Source of the DNA: Escherichia coli
GTDB taxonomy: Bacteria; Pseudomonadota; Gammaproteobacteria; Enterobacterales; Enterobacteriaceae
Strand: one strand, 5' to 3'
Assembly (NCBI RefSeq): GCF_017348835.2
Contig: NZ_CP071375.1
Length of the DNA stretch: 64,000 nt
A program made the translations under genes and the position numbers. Positions 30,662-44,805 of the stretch are shown here, piece by piece. The notes beneath the pieces were generated by a model that was not told the DNA's origin, did not search any database, and saw only the letters and a program-made list of their open reading frames with translations. Numbering within the stretch: the first letter of the stretch is position 1; each line of letters opens with the position of its first letter.

Positions 30662-33600
30662 GTGAAAGATTTATTAAAGTTTCTGAAAGCGCAGACTAAA
30701 ACCGAAGAGTTTGATGCGATCAAAATTGCTCTGGCTTCGCCAGACATGATCCGTTCATGGTCTTTCGGTGAAGTTAAAAAGCCGGAAACCATCAACTACC
30801 GTACGTTCAAACCAGAACGTGACGGCCTTTTCTGCGCCCGTATCTTTGGGCCGGTAAAAGATTACGAGTGCCTGTGCGGTAAGTACAAGCGCCTGAAACA
30901 CCGTGGCGTCATCTGTGAGAAGTGCGGCGTTGAAGTGACCCAGACTAAAGTACGCCGTGAGCGTATGGGCCACATCGAACTGGCTTCCCCGACTGCGCAC
31001 ATCTGGTTCCTGAAATCGCTGCCGTCCCGTATCGGCCTGCTGCTCGATATGCCGCTGCGCGATATCGAACGCGTACTGTACTTTGAATCCTATGTGGTTA
31101 TCGAAGGCGGTATGACCAACCTGGAACGTCAGCAGATCCTGACTGAAGAGCAGTATCTGGACGCGCTGGAAGAGTTCGGTGACGAATTCGACGCGAAGAT
31201 GGGTGCGGAAGCAATCCAGGCTCTGCTGAAGAGCATGGATCTGGAGCAAGAGTGCGAACAGCTGCGTGAAGAGCTGAACGAAACCAACTCCGAAACTAAG
31301 CGTAAAAAGCTGACCAAGCGTATCAAACTGCTGGAAGCGTTCGTTCAGTCAGGTAACAAACCAGAGTGGATGATCCTGACCGTTCTGCCGGTACTGCCGC
31401 CAGATCTGCGTCCGTTGGTTCCGCTGGATGGTGGTCGTTTCGCGACTTCTGACCTGAACGATCTGTATCGTCGCGTCATTAACCGTAACAACCGTCTGAA
31501 ACGTCTGCTGGATCTGGCTGCGCCGGACATCATCGTACGTAACGAAAAACGTATGCTGCAGGAAGCGGTAGACGCCCTGCTGGATAACGGTCGTCGCGGT
31601 CGTGCGATCACCGGTTCTAACAAGCGTCCTCTGAAATCTTTGGCCGACATGATCAAAGGTAAACAGGGTCGTTTCCGTCAGAACCTGCTCGGTAAGCGTG
31701 TTGACTACTCCGGTCGTTCTGTAATCACCGTAGGTCCATACCTGCGTCTGCATCAGTGCGGTCTGCCGAAGAAAATGGCGCTGGAGCTGTTCAAACCATT
31801 CATCTACGGCAAGCTTGAACTGCGTGGTCTTGCTACCACCATTAAAGCTGCGAAGAAAATGGTTGAGCGCGAAGAAGCTGTCGTTTGGGATATCCTGGAC
31901 GAAGTTATCCGCGAACACCCGGTACTGCTGAACCGTGCACCGACTCTGCACCGTCTGGGTATCCAGGCATTTGAACCGGTACTGATCGAAGGTAAAGCTA
32001 TCCAGCTGCACCCGCTGGTTTGTGCGGCATATAACGCCGACTTCGATGGTGACCAGATGGCTGTTCACGTACCGCTGACGCTGGAAGCCCAGCTGGAAGC
32101 GCGTGCGCTGATGATGTCTACCAACAACATCCTGTCCCCGGCGAACGGCGAACCAATCATCGTTCCGTCTCAGGACGTTGTACTGGGTCTGTACTACATG
32201 ACCCGTGACTGTGTTAACGCCAAAGGCGAAGGCATGGTGCTGACTGGCCCGAAAGAAGCAGAACGTCTGTATCGCTCTGGTCTGGCTTCTCTGCATGCGC
32301 GCGTTAAAGTGCGTATCACCGAGTATGAAAAAGATGCTAACGGTGAATTAGTAGCGAAAACCAGCCTGAAAGACACGACCGTTGGCCGTGCCATTCTGTG
32401 GATGATTGTACCGAAAGGTCTGCCTTACTCCATCGTCAACCAGGCGCTGGGTAAAAAAGCAATCTCCAAAATGCTGAACACCTGCTACCGCATTCTCGGT
32501 CTGAAACCGACCGTTATTTTTGCGGACCAGATCATGTACACCGGCTTTGCATATGCAGCGCGTTCTGGTGCATCTGTTGGTATCGATGACATGGTCATCC
32601 CGGAGAAGAAACACGAAATCATCTCCGAGGCAGAAGCAGAAGTTGCTGAAATTCAGGAGCAGTTCCAGTCTGGTCTGGTAACTGCGGGCGAACGCTACAA
32701 CAAAGTTATCGATATCTGGGCTGCGGCGAACGATCGTGTATCCAAAGCGATGATGGATAACCTGCAAACTGAAACCGTTATTAACCGTGACGGTCAGGAA
32801 GAGAAGCAGGTTTCCTTCAACAGCATCTACATGATGGCCGACTCCGGTGCGCGTGGTTCTGCGGCACAGATTCGTCAGCTTGCTGGTATGCGTGGTCTGA
32901 TGGCGAAGCCGGATGGCTCCATCATCGAAACGCCAATCACCGCGAACTTCCGTGAAGGTCTGAACGTACTCCAGTACTTCATCTCCACCCACGGTGCTCG
33001 TAAAGGTCTGGCGGATACCGCACTGAAAACGGCGAACTCCGGTTACCTGACTCGTCGTCTGGTTGACGTGGCGCAGGACCTGGTGGTTACCGAAGACGAT
33101 TGTGGTACCCATGAAGGTATCATGATGACTCCGGTTATCGAGGGTGGTGACGTTAAAGAGCCGCTGCGCGATCGCGTACTGGGTCGTGTAACTGCTGAAG
33201 ACGTTCTGAAGCCGGGTACTGCTGATATCCTCGTTCCGCGCAACACGCTGCTGCACGAACAGTGGTGTGACCTGCTGGAAGAGAACTCTGTCGACGCGGT
33301 TAAAGTACGTTCTGTTGTATCTTGTGACACCGACTTTGGTGTATGTGCGCACTGCTACGGTCGTGACCTGGCGCGTGGCCACATCATCAACAAAGGTGAA
33401 GCAATCGGTGTTATCGCGGCACAGTCCATCGGTGAACCGGGTACACAGCTGACCATGCGTACGTTCCACATCGGTGGTGCGGCATCTCGTGCGGCTGCTG
33501 AATCCAGCATCCAGGTGAAAAACAAAGGTAGCATCAAGCTCAGCAACGTGAAGTCGGTTGTGAACTCCAGCGGTAAACTGGTTATCACTTCCCGTAACAC

Positions 33601-34885
33601 CGAACTGAAACTGATCGACGAATTCGGTCGTACCAAAGAAAGCTACAAAGTACCTTACGGTGCGGTACTGGCAAAAGGCGATGGCGAACAGGTTGCTGGC
33701 GGCGAAACCGTTGCAAACTGGGACCCGCACACCATGCCGGTTATCACCGAAGTAAGCGGTTTTGTACGCTTTACTGACATGATCGACGGCCAGACCATTA
33801 CTCGTCAGACCGACGAACTGACCGGTCTGTCTTCGCTGGTGGTTCTGGATTCCGCAGAACGTACCGCAGGTGGTAAAGATCTGCGTCCGGCACTGAAAAT
33901 CGTTGATGCTCAGGGTAACGACGTTCTGATCCCAGGTACCGATATGCCTGCGCAGTACTTCCTGCCGGGTAAAGCGATTGTTCAGCTGGAAGATGGCGTA
34001 CAGATCAGCTCTGGTGACACCCTGGCGCGTATTCCGCAGGAATCCGGCGGTACCAAGGACATCACCGGTGGTCTGCCGCGCGTTGCGGACCTGTTCGAAG
34101 CACGTCGTCCGAAAGAGCCGGCAATCCTGGCTGAAATCAGCGGTATCGTTTCCTTCGGTAAAGAAACCAAAGGTAAACGTCGTCTGGTTATCACCCCGGT
34201 AGACGGTAGCGATCCGTACGAAGAGATGATTCCGAAATGGCGTCAGCTCAACGTGTTCGAAGGTGAACGTGTAGAACGTGGTGACGTAATTTCCGACGGT
34301 CCGGAAGCGCCGCACGACATTCTGCGTCTGCGTGGTGTTCATGCTGTGACTCGTTACATCGTTAACGAAGTACAGGACGTATACCGTCTGCAGGGCGTTA
34401 AGATTAACGATAAACACATCGAAGTTATCGTTCGTCAGATGCTGCGTAAAGCTACCATCGTTAACGCGGGCAGCTCCGACTTCCTGGAAGGCGAACAGGT
34501 TGAATACTCTCGCGTCAAGATCGCAAACCGCGAACTGGAAGCGAACGGCAAAGTGGGTGCAACTTACTCCCGCGATCTGCTGGGTATCACCAAAGCGTCT
34601 CTGGCAACCGAGTCCTTCATCTCCGCGGCATCGTTCCAGGAGACCACTCGCGTGCTGACCGAAGCAGCCGTTGCGGGCAAACGCGACGAACTGCGCGGCC
34701 TGAAAGAGAACGTTATCGTGGGTCGTCTGATCCCGGCAGGTACCGGTTACGCGTACCACCAGGATCGTATGCGTCGCCGTGCTGCGGGTGAAGCTCCGGC
34801 TGCACCGCAGGTGACTGCAGAAGACGCATCTGCCAGCCTGGCAGAACTGCTGAACGCAGGTCTGGGCGGTTCTGATAACGAGTAA
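30662..34885 (+). CDS. rpoC: RNA polymerase beta' subunit (1407 aa)
   Basis: GTG start, [48 protein letters not shown]; catalytic NADFDGD motif. Confidence 0.98.
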
Positions 34886-34906
34886 TCGTTAATCCGCAAA
34901 TAACGT

Positions 34907-34933
34907 AAAAACCCGCTTCGGCGGGTTTTTTTA
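34907..34933 (+). terminator. rho-independent terminator of the rpoBC operon
   Basis: AAAAACCCGC-TTCG-GCGGGTTTTTTTAT. Confidence 0.9.
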
Positions 34934-35097
34934 TGGGGGGAGTTTAGGGAAAGAGCATTTGTCAGAATATTTAAGGAATTTCTGAATACTCATAATCAAT
35001 GTAGAGATGACTAATATCCTGAAACTGACTGAACTAATTGAGTCAAACTCGGCAAGGATTCGATACTATTCCTGTGTAACTTTCTTAAGGAACGAGA

Positions 35098-35627
35098 ATG
35101 AAACAGGAAGTGGAAAAGTGGCGACCTTTTGGACATCCGGATGGTGATATTCGTGATTTATCATTTCTTGATGCTCATCAGGCTGTCTACGTTCAGCATC
35201 ATGAGGGCTAGAGTATCGCTTTTGGGTTACCTACTCTCTTCACTGCTTCACAAAAGATTATGAACATCAGACGAACGAAGAAAAACAATCGTTAATGTAC
35301 CACGCGCCTAAAGAATCTCGTCCCTTCTGCCAGCACCGTTATAACTTAGCGCGCACACACTTAAAAAGAACCATTTTGGCGCTGCCAGAAAGCAATGTTA
35401 TTCATGCCGGGTATGGTAGCTATGCCGTGATTGAGGTGGACTTAGACGGAGGAGACAAGGCATTTTACTTTGTTGCGTTCAGGGCTTTCAGGGAAAAGAA
35501 AAAACTCCGTTTGCATGTAACTAGCGCTTACCCCATTTCTGAAAAACAGAAAGGTAAATCAGTGAAATTTTTCACCATTGCCTACAATTTATTGAGAAAT
35601 AAGCAGCTTCCTCAGCCCTCAAAATAA
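35098..35627 (+). pseudogene. yjaZ: htrC/yjaZ-like gene disrupted by a frameshift (N-terminal 37 codons 35098-35211; remainder open in another frame 35205-35627)
   Basis: ATG at 35098 with Shine-Dalgarno AAGGA stops at TAG 35209-35211 after 37 codons; a 140-codon frame continues to 35627 from 35205 with no start codon until 35295. Confidence 0.65.
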
Positions 35628-35628
35628 C

Positions 35629-35653
35629 AAAACCCACCTTAAGGTGGGTTTCG
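35629..35653 (+). terminator. putative terminator hairpin after yjaZ
   Basis: Palindrome CCCACCTT/AAGGTGGG followed by a short T-run. Confidence 0.45.
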
Positions 35654-35884
35654 CCAGAGATAATTCTCTGGTATTCAGAACGCCATTACCGGACTTTGCC
35701 TTGACCTTGCGAGAATCGCAGGTTGCGGGATGTCTGAATTTCTTCAGTCTGCTGCATCCTGGAAGATGAGAACATGTGTTCTTATTTTCGTCTCTATCAT
35801 AGTTGAGTATTTACTCTCTTACAATCAGATCTCTTTCATTGCTCAACAGGCGATGGCTTCAGACTTTGCATTACGGAATTTTTA

Positions 35885-36045
35885 AGAAAGGCAGGGCGAA
35901 ACGAGGAAGAAGCTTTTCGCCCTGGACAACATTCCTGCTGACGGCACTACCATAAAAAAACACAACGCTTTCAACAACCTTGCGTTTTTCATCTTCCGTA
36001 GCGGCTCGGAATAAATTTACGTTCTTACATTCCGTCTCATAGTCT
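35885..36045 (-). ncRNA. sroH: possible SroH-like small RNA in the yjaZ-thiH intergenic region / thiH 3' end
   Basis: Placed by analogy with the K-12 locus from memory; hairpin GGGCGAAA...TTTCGCCC at 35891-35925 could be its terminator on the minus strand; boundaries uncertain. Confidence 0.3.
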
Positions 36046-37170
36046 TTGCGAGGCGCGTCCCAGATAGCTGTCCCAGTCTTTCCATACCGGCTGCAAACCC
36101 TGAGCGGTTAACGCGGCAGCAACCGCTTCCGGTCTGCGATCGTCGTGCGGTGAGAACTGTTCCAGCTCGGGGTGATTGTCGGCATAGCCACCTGGCTGCG
36201 TTTTCGAAAAAGCGCTGACGTTATTAATTGCCAGCGGAATAACGCGATCGCGAAACCACGGTGATTCCCGCGTGGAGAGTGACAGTTCAATCTCCGGTGC
36301 AAGCAGTCGGAAGGCGCAGATGGTTTGCACTAACTGGCGTTCATCCATAATCGACGCAGGCTCAATGCCGCCAGTACACGGGCGCAGGCGCGGAAAGGAG
36401 ACAGAGTAACGGCTTTGCCAGTAATGCTGTTGCAGCCATAGCAAATGTTCGGCAACCATATAGCAGTCAACGCGCCAGTTGTCGGAAAGGCCAATTAGCG
36501 CGCCGAGGCCTATCTTATCAATCCCCGCACGCCCCAGCCGATCCGGCGTTTCCAGCCGCCAGAAGAAGTCCTGTTTTTTGCCTTTCAGATGATGGCGGGC
36601 ATAAGTCGCCTCGTGATATGTCTCCTGATAAACCATCACGCCATCCAGACCAAGCTGCTTTAACTCGGCGTATTCCGCCTCCGCGAGCGGTTGCACTTCT
36701 ATCTGTAGTGAAGAGAACTGTTCACGCAGGGCAGGGAGATGACGACGAAAGTAATCCATCCCCACTTTCGCCTGATGTTCACCAGTGACTAATAGCAGAT
36801 GTTCAAAGCCCATCTCCCGTATAGCGGCGCTTTCCTTGGCAATATCCGCTTCATCCAGCGTTTTGCGCTTGATGCGATTACTCATGGAAAATCCGCAGTA
36901 CGTGCAGTCGTTAGCGCAAAGATTGGAAAGATAAAGCGGGACGTAGAAACTAACTGTGTTGCCAAATCGCTGACGGGTCAGACGCTGCGCCCGTTGGGCC
37001 AGTTGTTCCAGATAGCCACTGGCGGCTGGCGATAACAGCGCCATCATATCGTCGCGGGTGAATTGCGAGGCATTTAGCGCCCGCTCTACGTCAACAGCCG
37101 TTTTGCCGTTGATACGCAGGCGGATGTCATCCCAGTCCAGTTGTCGCCAGCGATCGCTGAAGGTTTTCAT
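36037..37170 (-). CDS. thiH: 2-iminoacetate synthase, radical SAM (377 aa)
   Basis: Radical-SAM cysteine motif CANDCTYC; last gene of the thi operon. Confidence 0.92.
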
Positions 37171-37937
37171 GCCGATGCCTCCAGAAATCCAGTCAGCGGG
37201 CTGGTGGCATGAGCAAAATGACTGCGGCTGCCCGGTCCGGACTGACGTGCCAGCAGGCCTGCTTCTACCGCCAGACGAAATGCCTTCGCCATGTTGACGG
37301 GATCGTCCGCGACGGCAATCGCCGTATTCACTAACACCGCGTCGGCCCCCATTTCCAGCGCCTGCGCGGCATGGCTGGGAACGCCGATGCCAGCATCGAC
37401 AACCACCGGAACTGTGGCCTGCTGGATAATAATCTCCAGCATGGCACGGGTTTCCAGTCCCTGATTCGAGCCAATCGGCGCGCCGAGCGGCATCACCGCT
37501 GCACAGCCGACTTCTTCCAGACGTTTACACAATACCGGATCGGCCCCGCAGTAAGGCAGCACGACAAATCCCTGTTGTACCAGCGTTTCGGCGGCTTTCA
37601 GGGTTTCGATGGGATCGGGCAACAGCCAGCGGGCGTCAGGGTGAATCTCCAATTTTAGCCAGTTTGTGCCTAACGCTTCACGTGCCAGATGGGCGGCGAA
37701 AATGGCTTCTTCCGCTGTTTTCGCCCCGGAAGTATTCGGCAGCAGGGTCACACCCGCCGCGATAAGCGGTTCGAGGATAGCGTCGTTGTGCTGGCGCAAG
37801 TCGACACGTTTCATCGCCAGTGTCACCAGCTGGCTGCCGGAAGCGCGAATCGCCTCCACCATCAGTTGTGAAGAAGCGAATTTCCCGGTGCCGGTAAACA
37901 GATGTGAATCAAACGTTTTGTCCGCAATACGTAACAT
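37167..37937 (-). CDS. thiG: thiazole synthase (256 aa)
   Basis: Starts [20 protein letters not shown]; ORF-track start 38195 is an extension running through thiS in another frame. Confidence 0.92.
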
Positions 37938-37938
37938 C

Positions 37939-38139
37939 TCAACCCCCTGCAATAACCTGAAAAAGCAGGATCTGGTCGCCATCCTGCACGATATGTTGCA
38001 TCCACTGCTCACGCGGGACGATTTGATGATTAATCGCCAGAGCCGCGCCCGCTTGTCGTTGGTCGAGTTGCTCCAGTAGTTCGTGAACAGTTTGCCCGGC
38101 GCCGCACTGCATCGGTTGATCGTTAAACAGGATCTGCAT
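37939..38139 (-). CDS. thiS: sulfur-carrier protein ThiS (66 aa)
   Basis: [12 protein letters not shown]...ends in GG. Confidence 0.9.
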
Positions 38140-38878
38140 TGCTTCCTCCGCATACCGGGCAACCACTGGCGCGGCGCAACGCCAGGCTGCGCCACTGGCT
38201 CGACTTACCGTCGAACAGTCGGAGTTCTCCCGCAGGCGTCTCTATACCGCTTAATAACTTAATGGCTTCCAGTGCCTGCAAAGTGCCCATAACCCCGACC
38301 ACCGGGCCAACCACGCCCGCCGTGCGGCAGTTGCGTTCTGGCTCCTGGTTATCTGGCCACAGGCAGCGGTAACACCCCTGCTCCCAGGGCGGCGTCAGTA
38401 CCATCAACTGACCGCCAAATCCGACCGCGCTGGCGGTGATAAGCGGCGTGTTGAGTGCCACGCAGGCGGCATTAATCTCCTGGCGAGTCGCCATATTGTC
38501 GGTACAGTCGAGCACCACATCGGCTTGTGCAACCGCATCTTTTAACGCCTCACCCGTTAACCGTTGTTGTAATGCTGTCAGTTGAATATCGGGATTCAAC
38601 TGTGTCAGTCGCTGATGGCTGACCTGCGATTTCGGGCGATCGATATCTTCAGTGGTAAAGAGGATTTGTCGTTGCAGATTGCTTAAATGCACATCGTCGT
38701 CATCTGCCAGTACCAGCGTCCCGACGCCAGCGCCCGCCAGGTATAGCGCAGCAGGTGTACCCAGCCCGCCAAGACCGATAATCAGCACCTGGCTGTCGAG
38801 CAGTTTTTGCTGCCCGTCAAGAGCGATATCGTCGAGCAGGATTTGGCGGCTATAACGCATAAAGTCACGGTCATTCAT
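38123..38878 (-). CDS. thiF: ThiS adenylyltransferase (251 aa)
   Basis: Starts [15 protein letters not shown]; nucleotide-binding GLGGLG; overlaps thiS start and thiE stop. Confidence 0.92.
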
Positions 38879-39505
38879 CGCCAACTCCTGCAATTTCCAG
38901 CAACTGTGCCGTTGCCAAACGCCAGTCTGCGCCTTGAGTAATGGCGCTGACGACGGCGATACTGCCGACACCCGTTGCTATCACCGCAGGCGCGCGCGGC
39001 AGACTGATACCGCCAATCGCCACGGTGGGATAATCCGCCAGGCGCTCAACATGCCGTGCCAGCTGTTCCAGCCCCTGCGGTGCAGAAGGCATCTGTTTGG
39101 TTTGCGTCGGGAACACATGTCCCAGCGCGATATAAGAAGGGCGTGCTGCCAGCGCGACGTCGATCTCCATATCGTCATGGGTCGAAACGCCCAGCCGCAG
39201 ACCAGCCGCACGGATGGCGCTGAGATCGGTGGCTTGCAAATCTTCCTGCCCCAAATGGACGCCATACGCCTGATGCTTGATCGCCAGCCACCAGTAATCG
39301 TTGATAAACAATCGCGCGTTATAGCGGCGGCCCAGTGCAATTGCCGCCACGACATCGGCTTCCACCTCTTCATCGCGCCGATCTTTGATGCGTAGCTGGA
39401 GAGTACGTACACCTGCATCCAACAGACGTTCGATCCACTGTACGCTGTCCACCACCGGGTACAGTCCTAAACGAAAAGGTACAGGAGGAAAATCAGGCTG
39501 ATACA

Positions 39506-39506
<1 letters not shown>
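38871..39506 (-). CDS. thiE: thiamine-phosphate synthase (211 aa)
   Basis: Starts [20 protein letters not shown]; start codon overlaps the thiC stop by 1 nt. Confidence 0.92.
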
Positions 39507-41404
<1,898 letters not shown>

Positions 41405-41439
41405 TCATTCCAAAAAGTTAAGGACGTGGCTTGTCAGAC

Positions 41440-41570
41440 GACGGATGAAGCAAGAGACGATCGCCGCAAAGGCGATGCGATAGCAGATTAACTCTTGTTC
41501 CCTTCGCAGGTATTAGCCTGATCAGGTTCCGCGGATCCCGAATAAACGGTCTCAGCCAGTTAAGGCACTC
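41440..41570 (-). promoter_or_regulatory. TPP riboswitch (thi box) in the thiC leader
   Basis: Minus strand reads CTGAGACCGTTTATTCGGGATCCGCGGAACCTGATCAGGCTAATACCTGCGAAGGGAACAAG, carrying the conserved CUGAGA and ACCUGAUC...GGGAA thi-box elements; boundaries approximate. Confidence 0.8.
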
Positions 41571-41633
41571 CGACAAGAAATTAGCCCCACAAACGGGGCG
41601 TTGAATGTAAATTACGCGTTAACAGCGCAGAAC

Positions 41634-42110
41634 TCAAGCAGGATGTTTGACGCGGGCGGCGTCAAGCACCAGCAGAATCAGCTTATCTTCCAGCACAAAG
41701 CGCGCTTCCAGCGCCTCGCCGATGTCAGATAAAACCTGTTGAAACTCAAGGTAATTATCATGATCGATAGCGGTTTCCAGGCTGGAATCGTAGTAATCCA
41801 TAATCTGTTGGGTATTGGCTTCGAGTTGCGGCCAAATCTTCGCGGCGCGCGCGAGTTGCCCGTTGCCTTCCAGCTTATGAAGAATGCGCTCATAAATACT
41901 GAAATGTCCGGCAGACAAGTAATCGACCAGGCTCTGACAAAAATCATCAAGGGCTTTTTCGTTTAGCCTCATGTACGATTCTTTGCCAGGCTTAATGCCA
42001 ACCAGATTGTAGTAAGCCACGAGCAGATGCTTACGTACATGTAGCCAGCGATCAACCAGTTTGTTACTTCCTCTGACGCGCTCCGTCAGGTTATCGAGCT
42101 GGTTAAGCAT
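41634..42110 (-). CDS. rsd: regulator of sigma D, anti-sigma70 factor (158 aa)
   Basis: 158-aa ORF MLNQLDNLTERVRGSNKLVDRWLHVRKHLLVAYYNL in the conserved position. Confidence 0.9.
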   Translation of the reverse strand: MLNQLDNLTERVRGSNKLVDRWLHVRKHLLVAYYNLVGIKPGKESYMRLNEKALDDFCQSLVDYLSAGHFSIYERILHKLEGNGQLARAAKIWPQLEANTQQIMDYYDSSLETAIDHDNYLEFQQVLSDIGEALEARFVLEDKLILLVLDAARVKHPA

Positions 42111-42204
42111 GATTGACTCCGCAAGTTTGTATTCAAAAACTGCTCAGTGAGAAATGTAAAAACCATGTTAAACATGCCAGTGATGCAAAGGTAGTGCAAG
42201 AGCT

Positions 42205-42978
42205 ATGGATCGTATAATTGAAAAATTAGATCACGGCTGGTGGGTCGTCAGCCATGAACAAAAATTATGGTTGCCGAAGGGAGAATTGCCATATGGCGAA
42301 GCGGCAAATTTCGATCTTGTGGGTCAGCGCGCACTACAAATCGGCGAATGGCAGGGGGAACCTGTTTGGTTAATACAACAGCAGCGGCGTCACGATATGG
42401 GGTCGGTACGTCAGGTCATTGATCTCGATGTTGGGCTGTTTCAACTGGCCGGACGTGGCGTGCAACTGGCGGAGTTTTACCGATCGCATAAATACTGTGG
42501 TTACTGCGGGCATGAAATGTATCCAAGCAAAACCGAATGGGCGATGCTGTGCAGCCATTGCCGTGAGCGTTACTACCCGCAAATCGCCCCCTGCATTATT
42601 GTTGCCATCCGTCGCGATGATTCGATCCTCCTCGCCCAGCATACCCGCCATCGTAACGGTGTCCATACGGTACTTGCCGGATTCGTCGAAGTGGGCGAAA
42701 CCCTCGAGCAGGCGGTCGCGCGGGAAGTGATGGAAGAGAGCGGAATTAAAGTTAAAAACTTGCGTTATGTGACTTCCCAGCCGTGGCCGTTTCCTCAGTC
42801 TTTAATGACCGCGTTTATGGCGGAATATGACAGCGGCGACATCGTGATCGACCCGAAAGAATTGCTCGAGGCGAACTGGTATCGCTATGACGATTTGCCG
42901 TTACTCCCGCCGCCCGGCACCGTGGCGCGCCGTCTGATAGAAGATACGGTGGCGCTGTGTCGGGCAGAGTACGAGTGA
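42205..42978 (+). CDS. nudC: NADH pyrophosphatase, Nudix hydrolase (257 aa)
   Basis: Zinc-ribbon cysteines CGYCG...CSHCR and Nudix-box-like [22 protein letters not shown]. Confidence 0.92.
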   Translation: MDRIIEKLDHGWWVVSHEQKLWLPKGELPYGEAANFDLVGQRALQIGEWQGEPVWLIQQQRRHDMGSVRQVIDLDVGLFQLAGRGVQLAEFYRSHKYCGYCGHEMYPSKTEWAMLCSHCRERYYPQIAPCIIVAIRRDDSILLAQHTRHRNGVHTVLAGFVEVGETLEQAVAREVMEESGIKVKNLRYVTSQPWPFPQSLMTAFMAEYDSGDIVIDPKELLEANWYRYDDLPLLPPPGTVARRLIEDTVALCRAEYE

Positions 42979-43017
42979 TGATACACTGACCGCCTGACGC
43001 ACTAAGGAACAGCCAAA

Positions 43018-44082
43018 ATGACCGAACTTAAAAACGATCGTTATCTGCGGGCGCTGCTGCGCCAGCCCGTTGATGTCACTCCAGTATGGATGATGCGCCA
43101 GGCGGGTCGCTATCTACCGGAATATAAAGCCACGCGCGCCCAGGCGGGCGATTTTATGTCGCTGTGCAAAAACGCCGAGCTGGCGTGCGAAGTGACTTTG
43201 CAACCGCTGCGTCGCTACCCGCTGGATGCGGCGATCCTCTTTTCCGATATCCTCACCGTGCCGGACGCGATGGGGTTAGGGCTCTATTTTGAAGCCGGAG
43301 AAGGTCCGCGTTTTACCTCGCCAGTCACCTGCAAAGCCGACGTCGATAAACTGCCAATTCCGGACCCGGAAGATGAGCTGGGTTACGTGATGAGCGCGGT
43401 GCGTACCATTCGCCGCGAACTGAAAGGCGACGTTCCGCTGATTGGTTTTTCCGGCAGCCCGTGGACGCTGGCGACCTACATGGTGGAAGGCGGTAGCAGC
43501 AAAGCGTTCACCGTGATCAAAAAAATGATGTATGCCGATCCGCAGGCGCTGCACGCGCTACTCGATAAACTGGCGAAAAGCGTCACCCTATACCTGAACG
43601 CGCAGATTAAAGCCGGTGCTCAGGCAGTGATGATTTTCGACACCTGGGGCGGTGTGCTTACCGGGCGCGATTATCAACAGTTCTCGCTCTATTACATGCA
43701 TAAAATTGTTGATGGTTTACTGCGTGAAAACGACGGTCGCCGCGTACCGGTCACGCTGTTTACCAAAGGCGGCGGACAGTGGCTGGAAGCCATGGCAGAA
43801 ACCGGTTGCGATGCGCTGGGCCTCGACTGGACAACGGACATCGCCGATGCGCGCCGCCGTGTGGGCAATAAAGTCGCGTTGCAGGGTAATATGGATCCGT
43901 CGATGCTGTACGCGCCGCCTGCCCGCATTGAAGAAGAAGTAGCGACTATACTTGCAGGTTTCGGTCACGGCGAAGGTCATGTCTTTAACCTTGGTCACGG
44001 CATTCATCAGGATGTGCCGCCAGAACATGCTGGCGTGTTCGTGGAGGCAGTGCATCGATTGTCTGAACAGTATCACCGCTAA
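43018..44082 (+). CDS. hemE: uroporphyrinogen decarboxylase (354 aa)
   Basis: [36 protein letters not shown]. Confidence 0.95.
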   Translation: MTELKNDRYLRALLRQPVDVTPVWMMRQAGRYLPEYKATRAQAGDFMSLCKNAELACEVTLQPLRRYPLDAAILFSDILTVPDAMGLGLYFEAGEGPRFTSPVTCKADVDKLPIPDPEDELGYVMSAVRTIRRELKGDVPLIGFSGSPWTLATYMVEGGSSKAFTVIKKMMYADPQALHALLDKLAKSVTLYLNAQIKAGAQAVMIFDTWGGVLTGRDYQQFSLYYMHKIVDGLLRENDGRRVPVTLFTKGGGQWLEAMAETGCDALGLDWTTDIADARRRVGNKVALQGNMDPSMLYAPPARIEEEVATILAGFGHGEGHVFNLGHGIHQDVPPEHAGVFVEAVHRLSEQYHR

Positions 44083-44091
44083 GGAGCGATT

Positions 44092-44763
44092 ATGGATCTC
44101 GCGTCATTACGCGCTCAACAAATCGAACTGGCTTCTTCTGTGATCCGCGAGGATCGACTCGATAAGGATCCGCCGGATCTGATCGCCGGAGCCGATGTCG
44201 GGTTTGAGCAGGGCGGAGAAGTGACGCGAGCGGCGATGGTGCTGTTGAAACACCCCTCGCTTGAGCTGGTGGAGTATAAAGTGGCCCGCATCGCCACCAC
44301 CATGCCTTACATTCCAGGTTTTCTTTCCTTCCGCGAATATCCTGCGCTGCTGGCAGCGTGGGAGATGCTGTCACAAAAGCCGGATTTAGTGTTTGTCGAT
44401 GGTCATGGGATCTCGCATCCTCGCCGTCTTGGCGTCGCCAGCCATTTTGGTTTGCTGGTGGATGTGCCGACCATTGGCGTAGCGAAAAAACGACTATGCG
44501 GTAAATTCGAACCGCTCTCCAGCGAACCGGGCGCGCTGGCCCCACTGATGGATAAAGGCGAGCAGCTGGCCTGGGTCTGGCGCAGCAAAGCGCGCTGTAA
44601 CCCGTTGTTTATCGCTACCGGCCATCGGGTCAGCGTGGACAGCGCGCTGGCGTGGGTACAACGCTGCATGAAAGGCTATCGTCTGCCGGAGCCAACGCGC
44701 TGGGCGGACGCGGTGGCCTCGGAACGTCCGGCGTTCGTGCGCTATACAGCAAATCAGCCCTAA
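44092..44763 (+). CDS. nfi: endonuclease V (223 aa)
   Basis: 223-aa ORF downstream of hemE. Confidence 0.9.
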   Translation: MDLASLRAQQIELASSVIREDRLDKDPPDLIAGADVGFEQGGEVTRAAMVLLKHPSLELVEYKVARIATTMPYIPGFLSFREYPALLAAWEMLSQKPDLVFVDGHGISHPRRLGVASHFGLLVDVPTIGVAKKRLCGKFEPLSSEPGALAPLMDKGEQLAWVWRSKARCNPLFIATGHRVSVDSALAWVQRCMKGYRLPEPTRWADAVASERPAFVRYTANQP

Positions 44764-44805
44764 TTCAGGTAAACTGCGGATAATTTCCGTATTTGAGAAC
44801 TCAAC

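Noticed and set aside
27607-30795. 1062-aa ORF antisense to rpoB
   Set aside because: It lies entirely within the opposite strand of rpoB. Long stop-free antisense frames are a common artefact of strongly biased codon usage in highly expressed genes; there is no start context and the translation is low-complexity.
32348-34759. 803-aa ORF antisense to rpoC, plus a 315-aa antisense ORF at 31349-32296
   Set aside because: Same reasoning: antisense to an essential, codon-biased gene, with no independent evidence of coding.
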